Shown piece by piece: positions 20,264-30,784 of a DNA stretch of 64,000 nt. Each line of letters begins with the position of its first letter. Within the stretch, counting starts at the first letter, position 1. The notes beneath the pieces are model-generated. The model did no database searches. It saw only the letters and a list, made by a program, of their open reading frames with translations, and was not told the origin of the DNA. This DNA comes from an uncultured Verrucomicrobiae bacterium (GTDB lineage Bacteria > Verrucomicrobiota > Verrucomicrobiia > Chthoniobacterales > UBA10450), in assembly GCA_963726745.1 (NCBI GenBank), contig CAVSDR010000006.1, positions 128,001 to 192,000 of the forward strand. Direction: 5' to 3'. A program made the position numbers and the translations under genes.

Positions 20264-21362
20264 GTGCGCGTTTCTGGCCTGGTCATCACTCATCAACTCA
20301 GTGCGCACGCCATTGCCTGGATGGCGGAAGTCGCCAAGTTAACCGACGAACTGGTGGTCGTGGTGGCGGAGGAACGTGCGCAACCCGAAGTCATCGCGCG
20401 CTTCGAGACTCTGGGGGCGCGCGTTATCCGTCCGCATTGGTCAGGCTTTTATCCGTCCCAGGAAGAGTCGCGCGAGATGATGGCGGCCTGCCGCGGCGAT
20501 TGGATCCTGAAAGTCGATCACGATGAGGAGCTGAGCCCGGAGTGGCATGATCCTTCCTGGCGCCAAGTTTTGCGCTCGAGTGAGTTCACCCATTTCTGGC
20601 TCCCGCGGCGCTGGGCGCTCGCGTCCGGCGAGTTTCTCGATGACGAACCGTGGCGGCCGGACTGGCAGTTGCGTCTGCTCCGAAATTGCCCGGAAGAAGA
20701 TGTTCTTCGCTCAGCAGTTGCACGAATCGATGACCATGGAGGGGCCCGGTGGATATCTGCGCACGCTCGGTTTGCATCATCACGATCTCTGGCTTTGTTC
20801 GCGGGAGGTTCGCGCGCGGAAAGCACGAATTTACGAAGAACTCCGGCCGGGCAATGGGCTGGGCTATTTCTACCTTTACGAAAACTGGACGGTCAAAACG
20901 GGCTCCGCATTCCGAGGATCAGTCGAGTTAGAACTCGAGCGCGAAGTGCTTGCGCATGGAAGCGCTGACCGCGGCAGCCTGCCACGGGATTTCGCTCGCG
21001 GCTTCAGTCCCACCGCGCTCGCTCGGCGCCGGGGAACTATTCTGGCTCGAGGTGGAAATCACAAATGAGCTCCGGCGAGACACTTCGCTTCGGCACGCCT
21101 CATCCGCTTAATCTGTCCTATCATTGGCTGCATGCCCATCGCGCGCGGCGGCAATTTTCGACGGCTTACGGAGCGCGCTCCTCCCGGAGTTGGCGTCCGG
21201 CGGAGAAGCGATCCTAGCGGATGTTTCTGCGCGCGCCCACCGAGACCGGTGATTACGTGCTGCAATTGACCGTGGTGCAGGAAGGCGTGCGCTGGCTGGA
21301 GGCGGTGAACTCGGATTTGGTCGTGGAATTTGCCGTCACGGTTGCGCCTGCCCAGCGTGTAA
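20264..21362 (+). CDS. GT2-type glycosyltransferase with a C-terminal Ig-like domain (frameshifted, 3' end approximate)
   Basis: ACRGDWILKVDHDE (DxD), PDWQLRL, LHE; later fragment APTETGDYVLQLTVVQEGVRW. Confidence 0.6.
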
Positions 21363-21374
21363 GGGTTGGGTCGC

Positions 21375-22306
21375 GTGAGGACGCTTCGACAGCTCGGCGG
21401 CGGCTATGCGCACCCGGGCTACGCGCGCGCGTTAGCGGAATTTGGCCGCCCGCGGGCGCTGGCCGCCAGCGGCGGCTGGGTGTTGGAGCGGGCCATCCCG
21501 GACGCGGGCGCGCACGACGCGATGGGATGTTATCCGCTCTTTGCCTGCCACCACTGGGCCGGCCTGCGGGAGGATCTGGCGCTCCTCGCCGGTCGACTCG
21601 TTAGTCTAACGCTCGTGACCGATCCTTTCGGGGATTATACCGAACCATTGTTGCACGAAATCTTCCCGGACCTCGTCTCTCGATTTAAGCAGCATTTTGT
21701 CGCACGGCTTGGACCAGCCCGGCGCAGGATTTTGTTTCGTCGCATCACCGTTATTATGCGCAGCGAGCGCTGGCTCGGGTGCAGGTGGAACATTGTCCCG
21801 ATCCTCCATCTCTCTTGCGCGAATGGTGCGTCCTTTATGCAAATCTCGTGAGGCGTCACCGGGATCACGGGATTCAAGCGTTTTCGGAAGACTCATTCGC
21901 CCGGCAACTGGCGCTTCCGGGCGTGATCGCTTTTCGCGCCTCTTCCAGGGTGAAACCGTCGGGGTGCATCTCTGGCTGGTGGACGGGGAGGTGGCCTATT
22001 CCCATCTGGCGGCGACGAGTGATCCGGCTACGAGCTGATGGCGGCCTACGCGCTGCACTGGCAGGCGTTGGATTTTTTTGCCGAGCGCGTTCGTTATCTT
22101 GACTGGGGTGGCGGCGCGGGCCTGCGGGTGGAAGGCGAGGACGATGGCTGGCGCGCTTCAAACGCGGCTGGGCCAACGAAACCCGGATGGCCTTTCTCTG
22201 CGGCCGAATCTTGGACCCGCAAGAATATCGCCGCATCTGCGCAACCCGCGAGCGCTCGGCGACGACGAGCTACTTCCCGGCCTATCGCGCGGGCGAGTTT
22301 CACTAA
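21375..22306 (+). CDS. GNAT/FemAB-like acyltransferase (frameshifted)
   Basis: Fragments DAMGCYPLF, SLTLVTDPF, AYSHLAA, LDWGGGAG, FKRGW, YFPAYR. Confidence 0.62.
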
Positions 22307-22350
22307 CAGTCGATTTGCGCTCCGCGCGATTGCGCTTATCCAACGTAGTC

Positions 22351-23031
22351 GTGGCCAAAGTTATCATCTTCGGTGTCGGTCAATGGGCCGAACTGGCGCA
22401 TTTTTATCTAACGCACGATTCGCCGCATGAAGTCGTCGGCTTCACCCTCGACGCCGCCTATCTTTCCGAGCCGCATTTCCGCGGGCTGCCCGTCGTCCCG
22501 TTCGAGACCGTCACAGAGAAGTTCCCGCCGGATACTTTCGCCATGTTTCTCCCACTCAGTTTCAAGAAGATGAACCACCTGCGCGCGGAGAAATACGAAC
22601 AGGCCAAGGCCAAGGGCTATGGTTTGATCAGCTATGTAAGCTCGAAGGCGACGATCTGGCCGGACTTCGTTTGCGGCGAGAATTGTTTCATTTTCGAAGA
22701 CAATACGATCCAGCCGTTCGTCACTCTCGGGAATAATATCGTCCTCTGGAGCGGGAACCACATCGGGCATCACACCGTCATTCAAGATCACGTAATGGTC
22801 ACTTCACACGTCGTCATCTCCGGTTGCTGCACGATCGAGCCGTTCTGTTTCTTCGGGGTCAACTCGACGGTCCGCGACGAGACGATCGTGGCGCACGACA
22901 CGCTCGTTGGCGCCGGCGCCTTGATCTTGAAAGACACAAAGCCATTCGAGCTTTACAAGGCTGCGGCTTCCACGCCCGCCAAAATCCGCAGCGATCAAAT
23001 TCGCAGCCTGTCGCACAAATCCAAGGGATGA
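22351..23031 (+). CDS. Hexapeptide-repeat sugar acetyltransferase (NeuD/PglD-like)
   Basis: VIIFGVG N-terminal domain; GENCFIFEDNTIQPFVTLGNNIVLWSGNHIGHH left-handed beta-helix repeats. Confidence 0.88.
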   Translation: MAKVIIFGVGQWAELAHFYLTHDSPHEVVGFTLDAAYLSEPHFRGLPVVPFETVTEKFPPDTFAMFLPLSFKKMNHLRAEKYEQAKAKGYGLISYVSSKATIWPDFVCGENCFIFEDNTIQPFVTLGNNIVLWSGNHIGHHTVIQDHVMVTSHVVISGCCTIEPFCFFGVNSTVRDETIVAHDTLVGAGALILKDTKPFELYKAAASTPAKIRSDQIRSLSHKSKG

Positions 23032-23983
23032 CCCAGGCGATGCGCTGGGAAAAGAAAGGACTCCTCTTTCACGTCGACGGGCAATCCGATTGGATGGCGC
23101 ATCACGCCTGCGTGCCGGTGGTGGATAAGATCAGCCCGGAGCGGCTGCGGGTTTACTTCGCTCCGCGCGATCGCCAGGGGCGCAGTCGCGTGGCCTTCAT
23201 CGAGGTCGAAGCGGATGATCCTTCCCGGGTTCTGTATGTGCACGACCGGCCGGCGCTCGACCTCGGATCGGTCGGTTGCTTTGACGACAGCGGCGTCATG
23301 CCTTCGAGCCTGGTGGAATTTGGCGGGCGGAAATTTCTCTTCTACATCGGATGGAATCCGGGCGTGACCGTGCCCTATCGCAACGCCATCGGCCTGGCCG
23401 TCAGCGACGATGGCGGCGTCAGCTTTAAGCGGATGTTCGAAGGCCCGGTAGTCGATCGTAACCGGCTCGAGCCTTACTTCTGCGCCTCCCCGTTCGCCCT
23501 GCTCGATGGCGGCACCTGGAAACTTTGGTATGCCTCCAGCACCGGATTCGTCCGCGTGCAGGACAAGCTGGAGCCGGTCTACCAGATCAAATACGCCGAA
23601 TCAGCCAACGGCTGGGACTGGGTGCGCTCCAATACCGTCTGCATCCCCTACAGTTTCGATGGCGAAGCCAATGCGCGCCCGTGCGTCCTGCGCACACCGG
23701 ATGGTTATCGCATGTGGTATTGCTTCCGCGGAAGTGTCAATTATCGCACCGATAAGAGAACAAAGTTACCGACTCGGCTACGCGGAATCGTCCGACGGGA
23801 TTCAGTGGACGCGGCTGGATGAGCGCGCCGGCCTGGAGCGTTCCGCGGAAGGCTGGGACTCTCAAATGATCGCCTATCCTTATGTCTACGAGCACGCCGG
23901 GCGGCTCTTCATGTTTTATAACGGCAACGGTTTTGGCGCTACCGGCATCGGTTACGCGGTCCTGGGGGATCGCCGCGCCCTGA
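23028..23983 (+). CDS. Beta-propeller glycoside-hydrolase-like protein (GH43/32 clan type, frameshift near 23757, 3' end approximate)
   Basis: WEKKGLL..FDDSGV..GLAVSDDGG..YAESANGWDW..YAESSDGIQW..YNGNGFGATGIGYA. Confidence 0.7.
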
Positions 23984-23986
23984 GCG

Positions 23987-24795
23987 ATGGCCGCCGGTTT
24001 TCGTTCGCCTGCGCAGGTGGCGCGCCGGCTTCGCATCCTCCCGCTGGCTCGCCGGCAGTTGCAAAATTGGGCCTCGTTCGTTTGGCATTACGCGCTTGGA
24101 TTTACACCCGCCGGTCCCTACCGCTTTCGCAATGGCGCCAGCCTGCAAATCGCGCGCGCGCTCGACCACGTCCCGCTGATCGAGATTTTCCTGCGACAGG
24201 ACTACGGCCAGATCGAAGACCGCGCGGTCATTCTCGATCTTGGGGCGAATATTGGCGTCTTCTCCGTTTACGCCGCCAGTCACGCGCGCGGCGTGCAGGT
24301 TTACGCCTATGAACCATGGCCGGCCTTCTTTGAGTTGCTCCAGGCCAACATTCGCCGAAACGGCCAGGAAAAAATCGTGCGCTGCTATAATTTCGCGGTC
24401 GCGGCCAGCCCGGCGAATCGTGATCTGCTGGTGGAGGGATGCGACGTGTTCTTCCCGCGCCTCTTGGGGGTCGCGGAAAGACCCGCCGGGGCGACGCAGG
24501 TGCACTCCGTTCCCTGCACCGACCCTGGCCGAGATCCTGGCGACCAATGCGCTTGAGCGCGTCGACCTGCTGAAGATGGATTGCGAAGGCTCCGAATACG
24601 ACATCCTCTACGCGGCGCCGCCGGAGGTGCTCGCACGAATCAGGGAACTGCGGCTGGAATATCACAACCGCCCGGCTCCGCGGGAAAAGGTGGAGAATCT
24701 GAGGAGATTCCTCGAGGCATCCGGCTACACTGTTGTCCATGAGGAAGCGATCTCACCGAGCCAATGGAAACCTCTGGGCCCGCCGCCTCGGCTAA
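23987..24795 (+). CDS. FkbM family methyltransferase (frameshifts near 24520 and 24760)
   Basis: ILDLGANIG, YAYEP, then DLLKMDCEGSEY in the next frame. Confidence 0.82.
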
Positions 24796-24816
24796 CGAGT
24801 GAAAACCATTCGCGCA

Positions 24817-25639
24817 ATGACTGCAATCGAACAATACCGCGAGCACGGCTTCCTACTCCGGCCGGCCTTCTTCAACCCGGAGGAAATTGCGCGCGTGCAG
24901 ACCGAGGCGAAGGAAATCTTCCTCGCACAAATGCATCGGTACGGGTTCGGCCCACCTTCGCTGGAGGACGAGCGCGGCCTTTGCCGAGGCGATGGCGCGC
25001 CTCTTCCAGGAAGACCTGTCCAGCTTCACCAACTGCGGCAAGCAGGCCCAGCATCTCGTCTCGCTCCACCGCCTCTCGCTCGATCAGCGATTGCTCGCGG
25101 AATTAACCGAACTCGGCCTCGAGCAGCCAAACATCAGCACCCGCCCGCTGCTCTATTTTAACTCGCCGCGCCTGGCCAAAAAGGAAGTCTACTGGCGGCT
25201 TGAGGTGCATCAGGATTGGCGCAGCATGCAGGGCTCACTCGATTCCATGGTCGTCTGGATCCCTTTGATGGACATCGATGTGCAACTCGGCGCGCTCGAA
25301 ATTATCCCGGGGAGCCATTTGCGCGGCTTGCTCGAGGCCGAGATGGTGGACGGCTACGGCCACCTGCGCGCCGAGATCGACCCCGCGAGCTTTCTGCCGG
25401 TGGAAGTGAAACGGGGCGACGCGCTCTTCTTCTCCTCCTTCCTGCTCCATCGCTCCGGGACGAACACGACCGACGCGATCCGGTGGTCGTGTCATTTCCG
25501 CTACAACAATCTCGCGGAAGCGACGTTCATCGAGCGCGGATTTCCCCACCCCTATCTCTACCGCCCGCAGGAAGAATTGATCACACCGGATTTTCCGGCG
25601 CCTGCTCAGGTAAAGCACATTTTCCGTCCGCGCCCATGA
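24817..25639 (+). CDS. Phytanoyl-CoA dioxygenase (Fe/2OG) family protein (frameshift near 24975)
   Basis: YREHGF N-terminus; HQD, WIPL.D, GALEIIPGSH, LHRSG.N..R. Confidence 0.85.
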
Positions 25640-26838
25640 TCGAGCCAAATGCCGCCGCCGCTGGCATTGCCCACCTGCCCGCGCGCCTTCCGGATGCTTT
25701 GCATGTCGGCCGGCCAAACGTGGGCGACCGCGCGCGCTTCCTCGCCCGGGTCAACGACATCCTGGAGAACAACTGGCTAACGAACGCCGGTCCCTACGTC
25801 CAGGAATTCGAGCGGCGGGTGGCGGAGATGCTGGACGTGGAGCATTGCGTTGCCATCTGCAATGCAACCATTGCGCTTAGCCTGGTGACACGCGCGCTTG
25901 ATCTCGAAGGCGAAGTCATCATGCCGTCGTTTACCTTCGTCGCCACCGCCCATGCTCTGCAGTGGCAACGAATCAGGCCGGTTTTTTGCGACGTCGATCC
26001 CGAGACGCACAATATTGATCCCGCCCAAATCGAATCCCTGATCACGCCGCGGACGAGCGGCATCCTCGGGGTGCACTTGTGGGGCCGCGCCTGCGCGATC
26101 GATCAACTCGAAGCCATCGCGCGGAAGCATTCGTTGCAGCTCCTCTTCGATGCCGCGCACGCCTTTGGCTGCACCCATCGCGGGCAGATGATCGGCGGCT
26201 TCGGGCGCGCGGAAGTCTTCAGTTTCCACGCGACTAAATTCATCAACACGCTCGAGGGCGGATTGGTAGCGACGAATGACGCTGAGCTGGCCGCGAAGCT
26301 GCGTTTCATGAAAAATTTCGGTTTCAGCGATTACGACCGGGTCGATTACCTCGGGATCAATGGGAAGATGAACGAAGTCTCAGCCGCCATGGGCCTGACC
26401 AATCTCGACGCCTTCGATGAATTCATGGCCGCGAATCGTCGCAATCACGACTGCTATCGGGCGGGCCTGCAATCCTGCCGGGGCCTGCGCTTGCTTTCCT
26501 TCGGTGACGGGGAGCAGCACAACTATCACTACATCGTGCTCGAGGTGGACGAGCGCGAGAGCGGAATCACCCGAGATCAGATCGTCCGGGAATTGCAGGG
26601 CCACCAGATCATCGCGCGCCGCTATTTCTACCCGGGCTGTCACCGCTTCGAACCCTACCGCAGCCAGGAACCGGATGCCGGCCGCCGATTGCCCCAGACC
26701 GAGCGCCTGGCCGCGCGCCTGATTTGTTTGCCGACGGGCTCGACCATCGGCGCGACTGAAATCGATCGCGTCTGCGGATTGCTCCGACAGATGGTCGGCC
26801 AAACGGCGCGCGAGCCGAGCGCTCCAACGTCTCGTTAG
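25636..26838 (+). CDS. DegT/DnrJ sugar aminotransferase (VioA-like)
   Basis: [34 protein letters not shown] lysine, NGKMNE, RRYFYP. Confidence 0.9.
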   Translation: MIEPNAAAAGIAHLPARLPDALHVGRPNVGDRARFLARVNDILENNWLTNAGPYVQEFERRVAEMLDVEHCVAICNATIALSLVTRALDLEGEVIMPSFTFVATAHALQWQRIRPVFCDVDPETHNIDPAQIESLITPRTSGILGVHLWGRACAIDQLEAIARKHSLQLLFDAAHAFGCTHRGQMIGGFGRAEVFSFHATKFINTLEGGLVATNDAELAAKLRFMKNFGFSDYDRVDYLGINGKMNEVSAAMGLTNLDAFDEFMAANRRNHDCYRAGLQSCRGLRLLSFGDGEQHNYHYIVLEVDERESGITRDQIVRELQGHQIIARRYFYPGCHRFEPYRSQEPDAGRRLPQTERLAARLICLPTGSTIGATEIDRVCGLLRQMVGQTAREPSAPTSR

Positions 26839-28074
26839 GCGGACAACCCGGCCAGGCGCCGCCCCACTTCCTCGGCATTGGCCCGGCTGTTAAAGGCGGA
26901 GATGCGAAAATAGCCTTCGCCGCAGGAACCGAAACCGCTTCCCGGAGTGATGACCACGTGGAGATCATGCAGCATGCGGTCGAACATTTCCCAGCTCGTT
27001 AGGCCGCCCGGCGTCTTGACCCAGATGTAGGGCGCGTTCTGGCCGCCGTGGACTTCGAGGCCGGCGCCCTTGGCCGCCGCGGAGAGGATGCGCGCGTTGC
27101 CCATGTAATGCTCCACCAGCTCGCGCACCTGCGCCTTGCCCTCCGGCGCTGTAGAGCGATTCCGCTCCGCGCTGCACTGGATAGCTCACACTGTTCGCCT
27201 TTGTGCTCCAGCGACGATGCCAGAGCGGGTGCAGCGGGAGCCAGCGGCCGTCCGGCGTCTGCAGGTGAAGCTTTTTCGACATGACGGTGAAACCGCAACG
27301 CACCCCGGTAAAGCCGCCGGTCTTGGAAAAGCTGCGGAATTCCACCGCGCATTCCTCCGCGCGGGGAATTTCAAAGATCGAATGCGGGATTTCCGGGTCG
27401 CTGATGTAGGCCTCATAGGCCGCGTCGTAGAGCAGCACTGCCTTGTGCTCGCGGGCCCATTCGACCCAGCGCGTGAGCTGCGCGCGCGTAGCCACGGCGC
27501 CGGTGGGATTATTCGGGAAACAGAGATAGACCAGATCGGCGTGCTCGTTAGGCGGCTCCGGCACGAAGCCGTTTTCGGCCCGGCACGGGAGATAGATGAT
27601 GCCCTCGTAGCGTCCATCTTTACCCGCCGGGCCGGTGTGGCCCGCCATCACATTGGTATCGACGTAGACCGGGTAAACCGGGTCGGTAATCGCGATCCGG
27701 TTCTGGTGGCCAAGGACATCGAGGATGTAACCGCAATCGCTCTTCGAGCCGTCGGAGAGGAAAATCTCGTCGGGCGCGATCTTGATCCCGCGCGCGCGAT
27801 AATCCTGCTGGCTAATTTTCTCGCGCAGGAACTCGTAGCCCTGTTCATGCCCGTAGCCACGGAAGGTTTCGCGGTGGCCCAGCTCCTCGACCGCCGCGTG
27901 CATCGCATCGATCGCCGCGCGCGGGAGCGCCTCGGTCACATCGCCGACGCCGCAGCGGATGATGTCCGCGGTGGCGTCTGGATGTTGCTGGCAAAATTCT
28001 TTTACCCGCCGCCCGATCTCGGGAAAGAGATATCCGGCCTGAAGCTTGAGATAATTGTCGTTGAGATAGGCCAT
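26835..28074 (-). CDS. dapL: LL-diaminopimelate aminotransferase (+1 frameshift near 27147)
   Basis: [49 protein letters not shown]-terminal [23 protein letters not shown]. Confidence 0.93.
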
Positions 28075-28135
28075 AAAGGAAAAATCCCTGCAACTAGCGG
28101 GCACGCCGCAGCTGCAGGGATGAAGAAACTGCCGG

Positions 28136-28747
28136 CTATTTTGCCGACTCGTAGCGCTTCGAAACTTCCGACCAGTTGACCGTATTCCACCAGGCCTTCA
28201 GGTAATCCGGCCGGCGGTTCTGGTAGTTCAGGTAATAAGCGTGTTCCCACACGTCCACGCCGACGATCGGCGTGTGGCCTTCCATCAGGGGGCTGTCCTG
28301 ATTCGGGGTGGAGATGATCTCGAGCTTGCCGCTCTTGTTCTTCACCAGCCAGGCCCAGCCGCTGCCGAAACGTCCGGCGCCGGCGGCGGCGAGCTTCTCC
28401 TTGAACTCATCGAAGCTGCCGAAGGTGGATTTGATGTCGTCGGCTAATTTTCCGGTCGGCTCGCCGCCGCCGTTCGGCCCCATGATCTGCCAGAAGAACG
28501 AGTGGTTCGCGTGGCCGCCGCCGTTGTTGCGCACAACGGTGCGGATGTTTTCCGGGACCGCGTCGAGGTTGCTGATTAAATCTTCCACCGACTTGTTCGC
28601 CAGCTCGGGGTGATCCTTGAGCGCGTTGTTGACGTTGGTGATGTAAGCCTGGTGGTGCTTGGTGTGATGGATTTCCATCGTGCGCGCGTCGATGTGCGGC
28701 TCGAGCGCGTCGTAGGCGTAGGGGAGTTTCGGTAATTCGTAAGCCAT
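28136..28747 (-). CDS. sodA: Fe/Mn superoxide dismutase (Mn-type signature)
   Basis: [40 protein letters not shown]. Confidence 0.95.
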   Translation of the reverse strand: MAYELPKLPYAYDALEPHIDARTMEIHHTKHHQAYITNVNNALKDHPELANKSVEDLISNLDAVPENIRTVVRNNGGGHANHSFFWQIMGPNGGGEPTGKLADDIKSTFGSFDEFKEKLAAAGAGRFGSGWAWLVKNKSGKLEIISTPNQDSPLMEGHTPIVGVDVWEHAYYLNYQNRRPDYLKAWWNTVNWSEVSKRYESAK

Positions 28748-28783
28748 AGGCCTAACGATTCGGCACGAAACCGGAGCCGTCAA

Positions 28784-30781
28784 TTAACGGCAGCGATAGA
28801 AGCTCGGATAATGCCCGCGGCCGGTGCGGTAGTTGGCGTAGGTTGCCAGCGCCATCAGCGGGAAATTCTGCCGGTACATGTCGTACTTGAGATAAAACAC
28901 GCGCGGAAAACCGGTCCCGGTGACCTGCGGTTCGTCCCACGCGCCATCTTCTTTCTGCGTATTGATGAGATAACGCAGGCCGCGCTGGACGCTGGCGCGC
29001 TCGAGATCACCGCACGCACAAATGCCCATGAGCGCCCAAGCCGTCTGCGAAGCCGTGCTCTCGCCTTTGCCCTTGAGCGTGAGGTCGTCGTAGCTCGCGC
29101 AAGTTTCGCCCCAGCCGCCATCGGGATTTTGGCAGCTCTCCAGCCAATCGCGCCCGCGCAGGATCCAATCCTGCGACATGTCCTCGCGGATCGCCCGCAG
29201 CCCGCGCAGCACCTGCCACGTCCCGTAAATGTAGTTCACGCCCCAGCGGCCATACCAGGAGCCGTCGTCGTCCTGCGTGTCGATCAGGTATTGCACCGCG
29301 CGCCGCACGCAGGATTGCTGCACGTCGAAGCCGATGTAGCCGAAAAGCTCGAGCGTGCGCGCGGTCAGGTCGCTGCAGGTCGGGTCGAGGATGGCGTTGT
29401 GATCGGCGAACGGCATGTCCTCGAGCCAGCGTTGCGTGACTTCCTTGTCGAACGCGGCCCAGCCGCCGTCGCGGCATTGGAAGCTGAGCTGCCAGCCGAG
29501 CGCGCGCTGGAAGAGCGCGTCGAGCGCCTTCTGGTCGTTAGGCCGGACGAGGCGCAGGCCCATCAAGACCATCGCAGTGTCGTCCGTGTCCGGGTAATAG
29601 ACGTTGTTGTATTCGAAAGCCCAGCCGCTCGCCTTCGGGTAGGAATTGTTCTGCGCCCAGTCACCGCGGATGCGGACCTCTTTGTCCACCAGCCACTCGG
29701 CCGCCTTCCGCATCGCCGGATGGTCCGCCGGCACGCCGGATTCACCCAGCGCAATCAGGTTGATCGCCGTATCCCAGACCGGCGAAAGGCAGGGTTGAAT
29801 GCGGATGTCCTCCGGATCATCGACGAAGAGCTCGTGGAAATCCTTCCACGCTTTCACATAGGCCGGATGCGTCTTCTCGTAGCCGAGCGCGTGCAGGGCG
29901 ATGAGTGCATTGAGCATCGCCGGGAAAACCGCCGCGAGCCCATCGCTCCCTTCGCCGATTCGCTCGAGCATCCAGCGCTCCGCTTCCTCGAGCGCGCGCT
30001 GCCGCATCGGCCGCCAGCCGACGCGCGAGATGATCTTGAAAGCGCGATCCGCGCGCAGGAAAAGATTTCGCCAGGCAAAGAAACGCCGGTGCCGCGGGAG
30101 GGTGAAATCATTTTGCTCCGTGCCCACCGGGTAGAGCTCGTGGAGCTGCTTGTCATCGGAGAGCTCACGGGTGGGCTTGAAGTGATTGATGATCGCGAGC
30201 GGCACCAGCATGGCCCGGCTCCAGGAAGACATCTTGTAGATGTGGAACGGGAACCACTGCGGGAAGAGGATCATCTCCACCGGGATCGACGGCAGGTAAT
30301 GCCACGGAAATTGCCCCAGCAAAGCGAGGTAGAGCTTGCTGAAGGTGTTCATCGCGGGAATGCCGCCAAGGCGCAGGATATTTGCCCGCGCCTCCTGCAT
30401 GAACGGCTGCTCCGGCGCGTGGCCCGCAAGCTTGAGCGCGAAATAAGCTTTAGCCGACGCGTTCACTTCGCTCGGCCCGCCGTAGTAGATGTTCCAACCG
30501 CCATCGGGCAGCTGACGTTTGAGAATATGGAGCACGCAACGTTGCTGCAGCGCCTCGTCCACCTCGCCCAGCCAGTGCATGAAGAGCACGTAGTCGGAGC
30601 AGAGCGTGCTATCGACGATCAGCTCGCCGCACCAATGTCCGTCAGGCTTTTGCTGGCGCAGGAGATTGTCCTGCGCCCGGCGGATTGCATCGCGAATCTC
30701 GGGCAAGGGCGGCGCGTAAGCCGCTGCCGAGGCCGGCGACGCGCTAGGCAGCGGGATGACGTTCGAAGTCGTCGGAGGCAT
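28784..30781 (-). CDS. shc: Squalene-hopene cyclase (HpnF)
   Basis: QW repeats (Q..DGGW), SPVWDT, catalytic YPDTDDTA, GRWGVNYIYG, TGTGFP. Confidence 0.96.
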   Translation of the reverse strand: MPPTTSNVIPLPSASPASAAAYAPPLPEIRDAIRRAQDNLLRQQKPDGHWCGELIVDSTLCSDYVLFMHWLGEVDEALQQRCVLHILKRQLPDGGWNIYYGGPSEVNASAKAYFALKLAGHAPEQPFMQEARANILRLGGIPAMNTFSKLYLALLGQFPWHYLPSIPVEMILFPQWFPFHIYKMSSWSRAMLVPLAIINHFKPTRELSDDKQLHELYPVGTEQNDFTLPRHRRFFAWRNLFLRADRAFKIISRVGWRPMRQRALEEAERWMLERIGEGSDGLAAVFPAMLNALIALHALGYEKTHPAYVKAWKDFHELFVDDPEDIRIQPCLSPVWDTAINLIALGESGVPADHPAMRKAAEWLVDKEVRIRGDWAQNNSYPKASGWAFEYNNVYYPDTDDTAMVLMGLRLVRPNDQKALDALFQRALGWQLSFQCRDGGWAAFDKEVTQRWLEDMPFADHNAILDPTCSDLTARTLELFGYIGFDVQQSCVRRAVQYLIDTQDDDGSWYGRWGVNYIYGTWQVLRGLRAIREDMSQDWILRGRDWLESCQNPDGGWGETCASYDDLTLKGKGESTASQTAWALMGICACGDLERASVQRGLRYLINTQKEDGAWDEPQVTGTGFPRVFYLKYDMYRQNFPLMALATYANYRTGRGHYPSFYRCR

Positions 30782-30784
30782 GCG

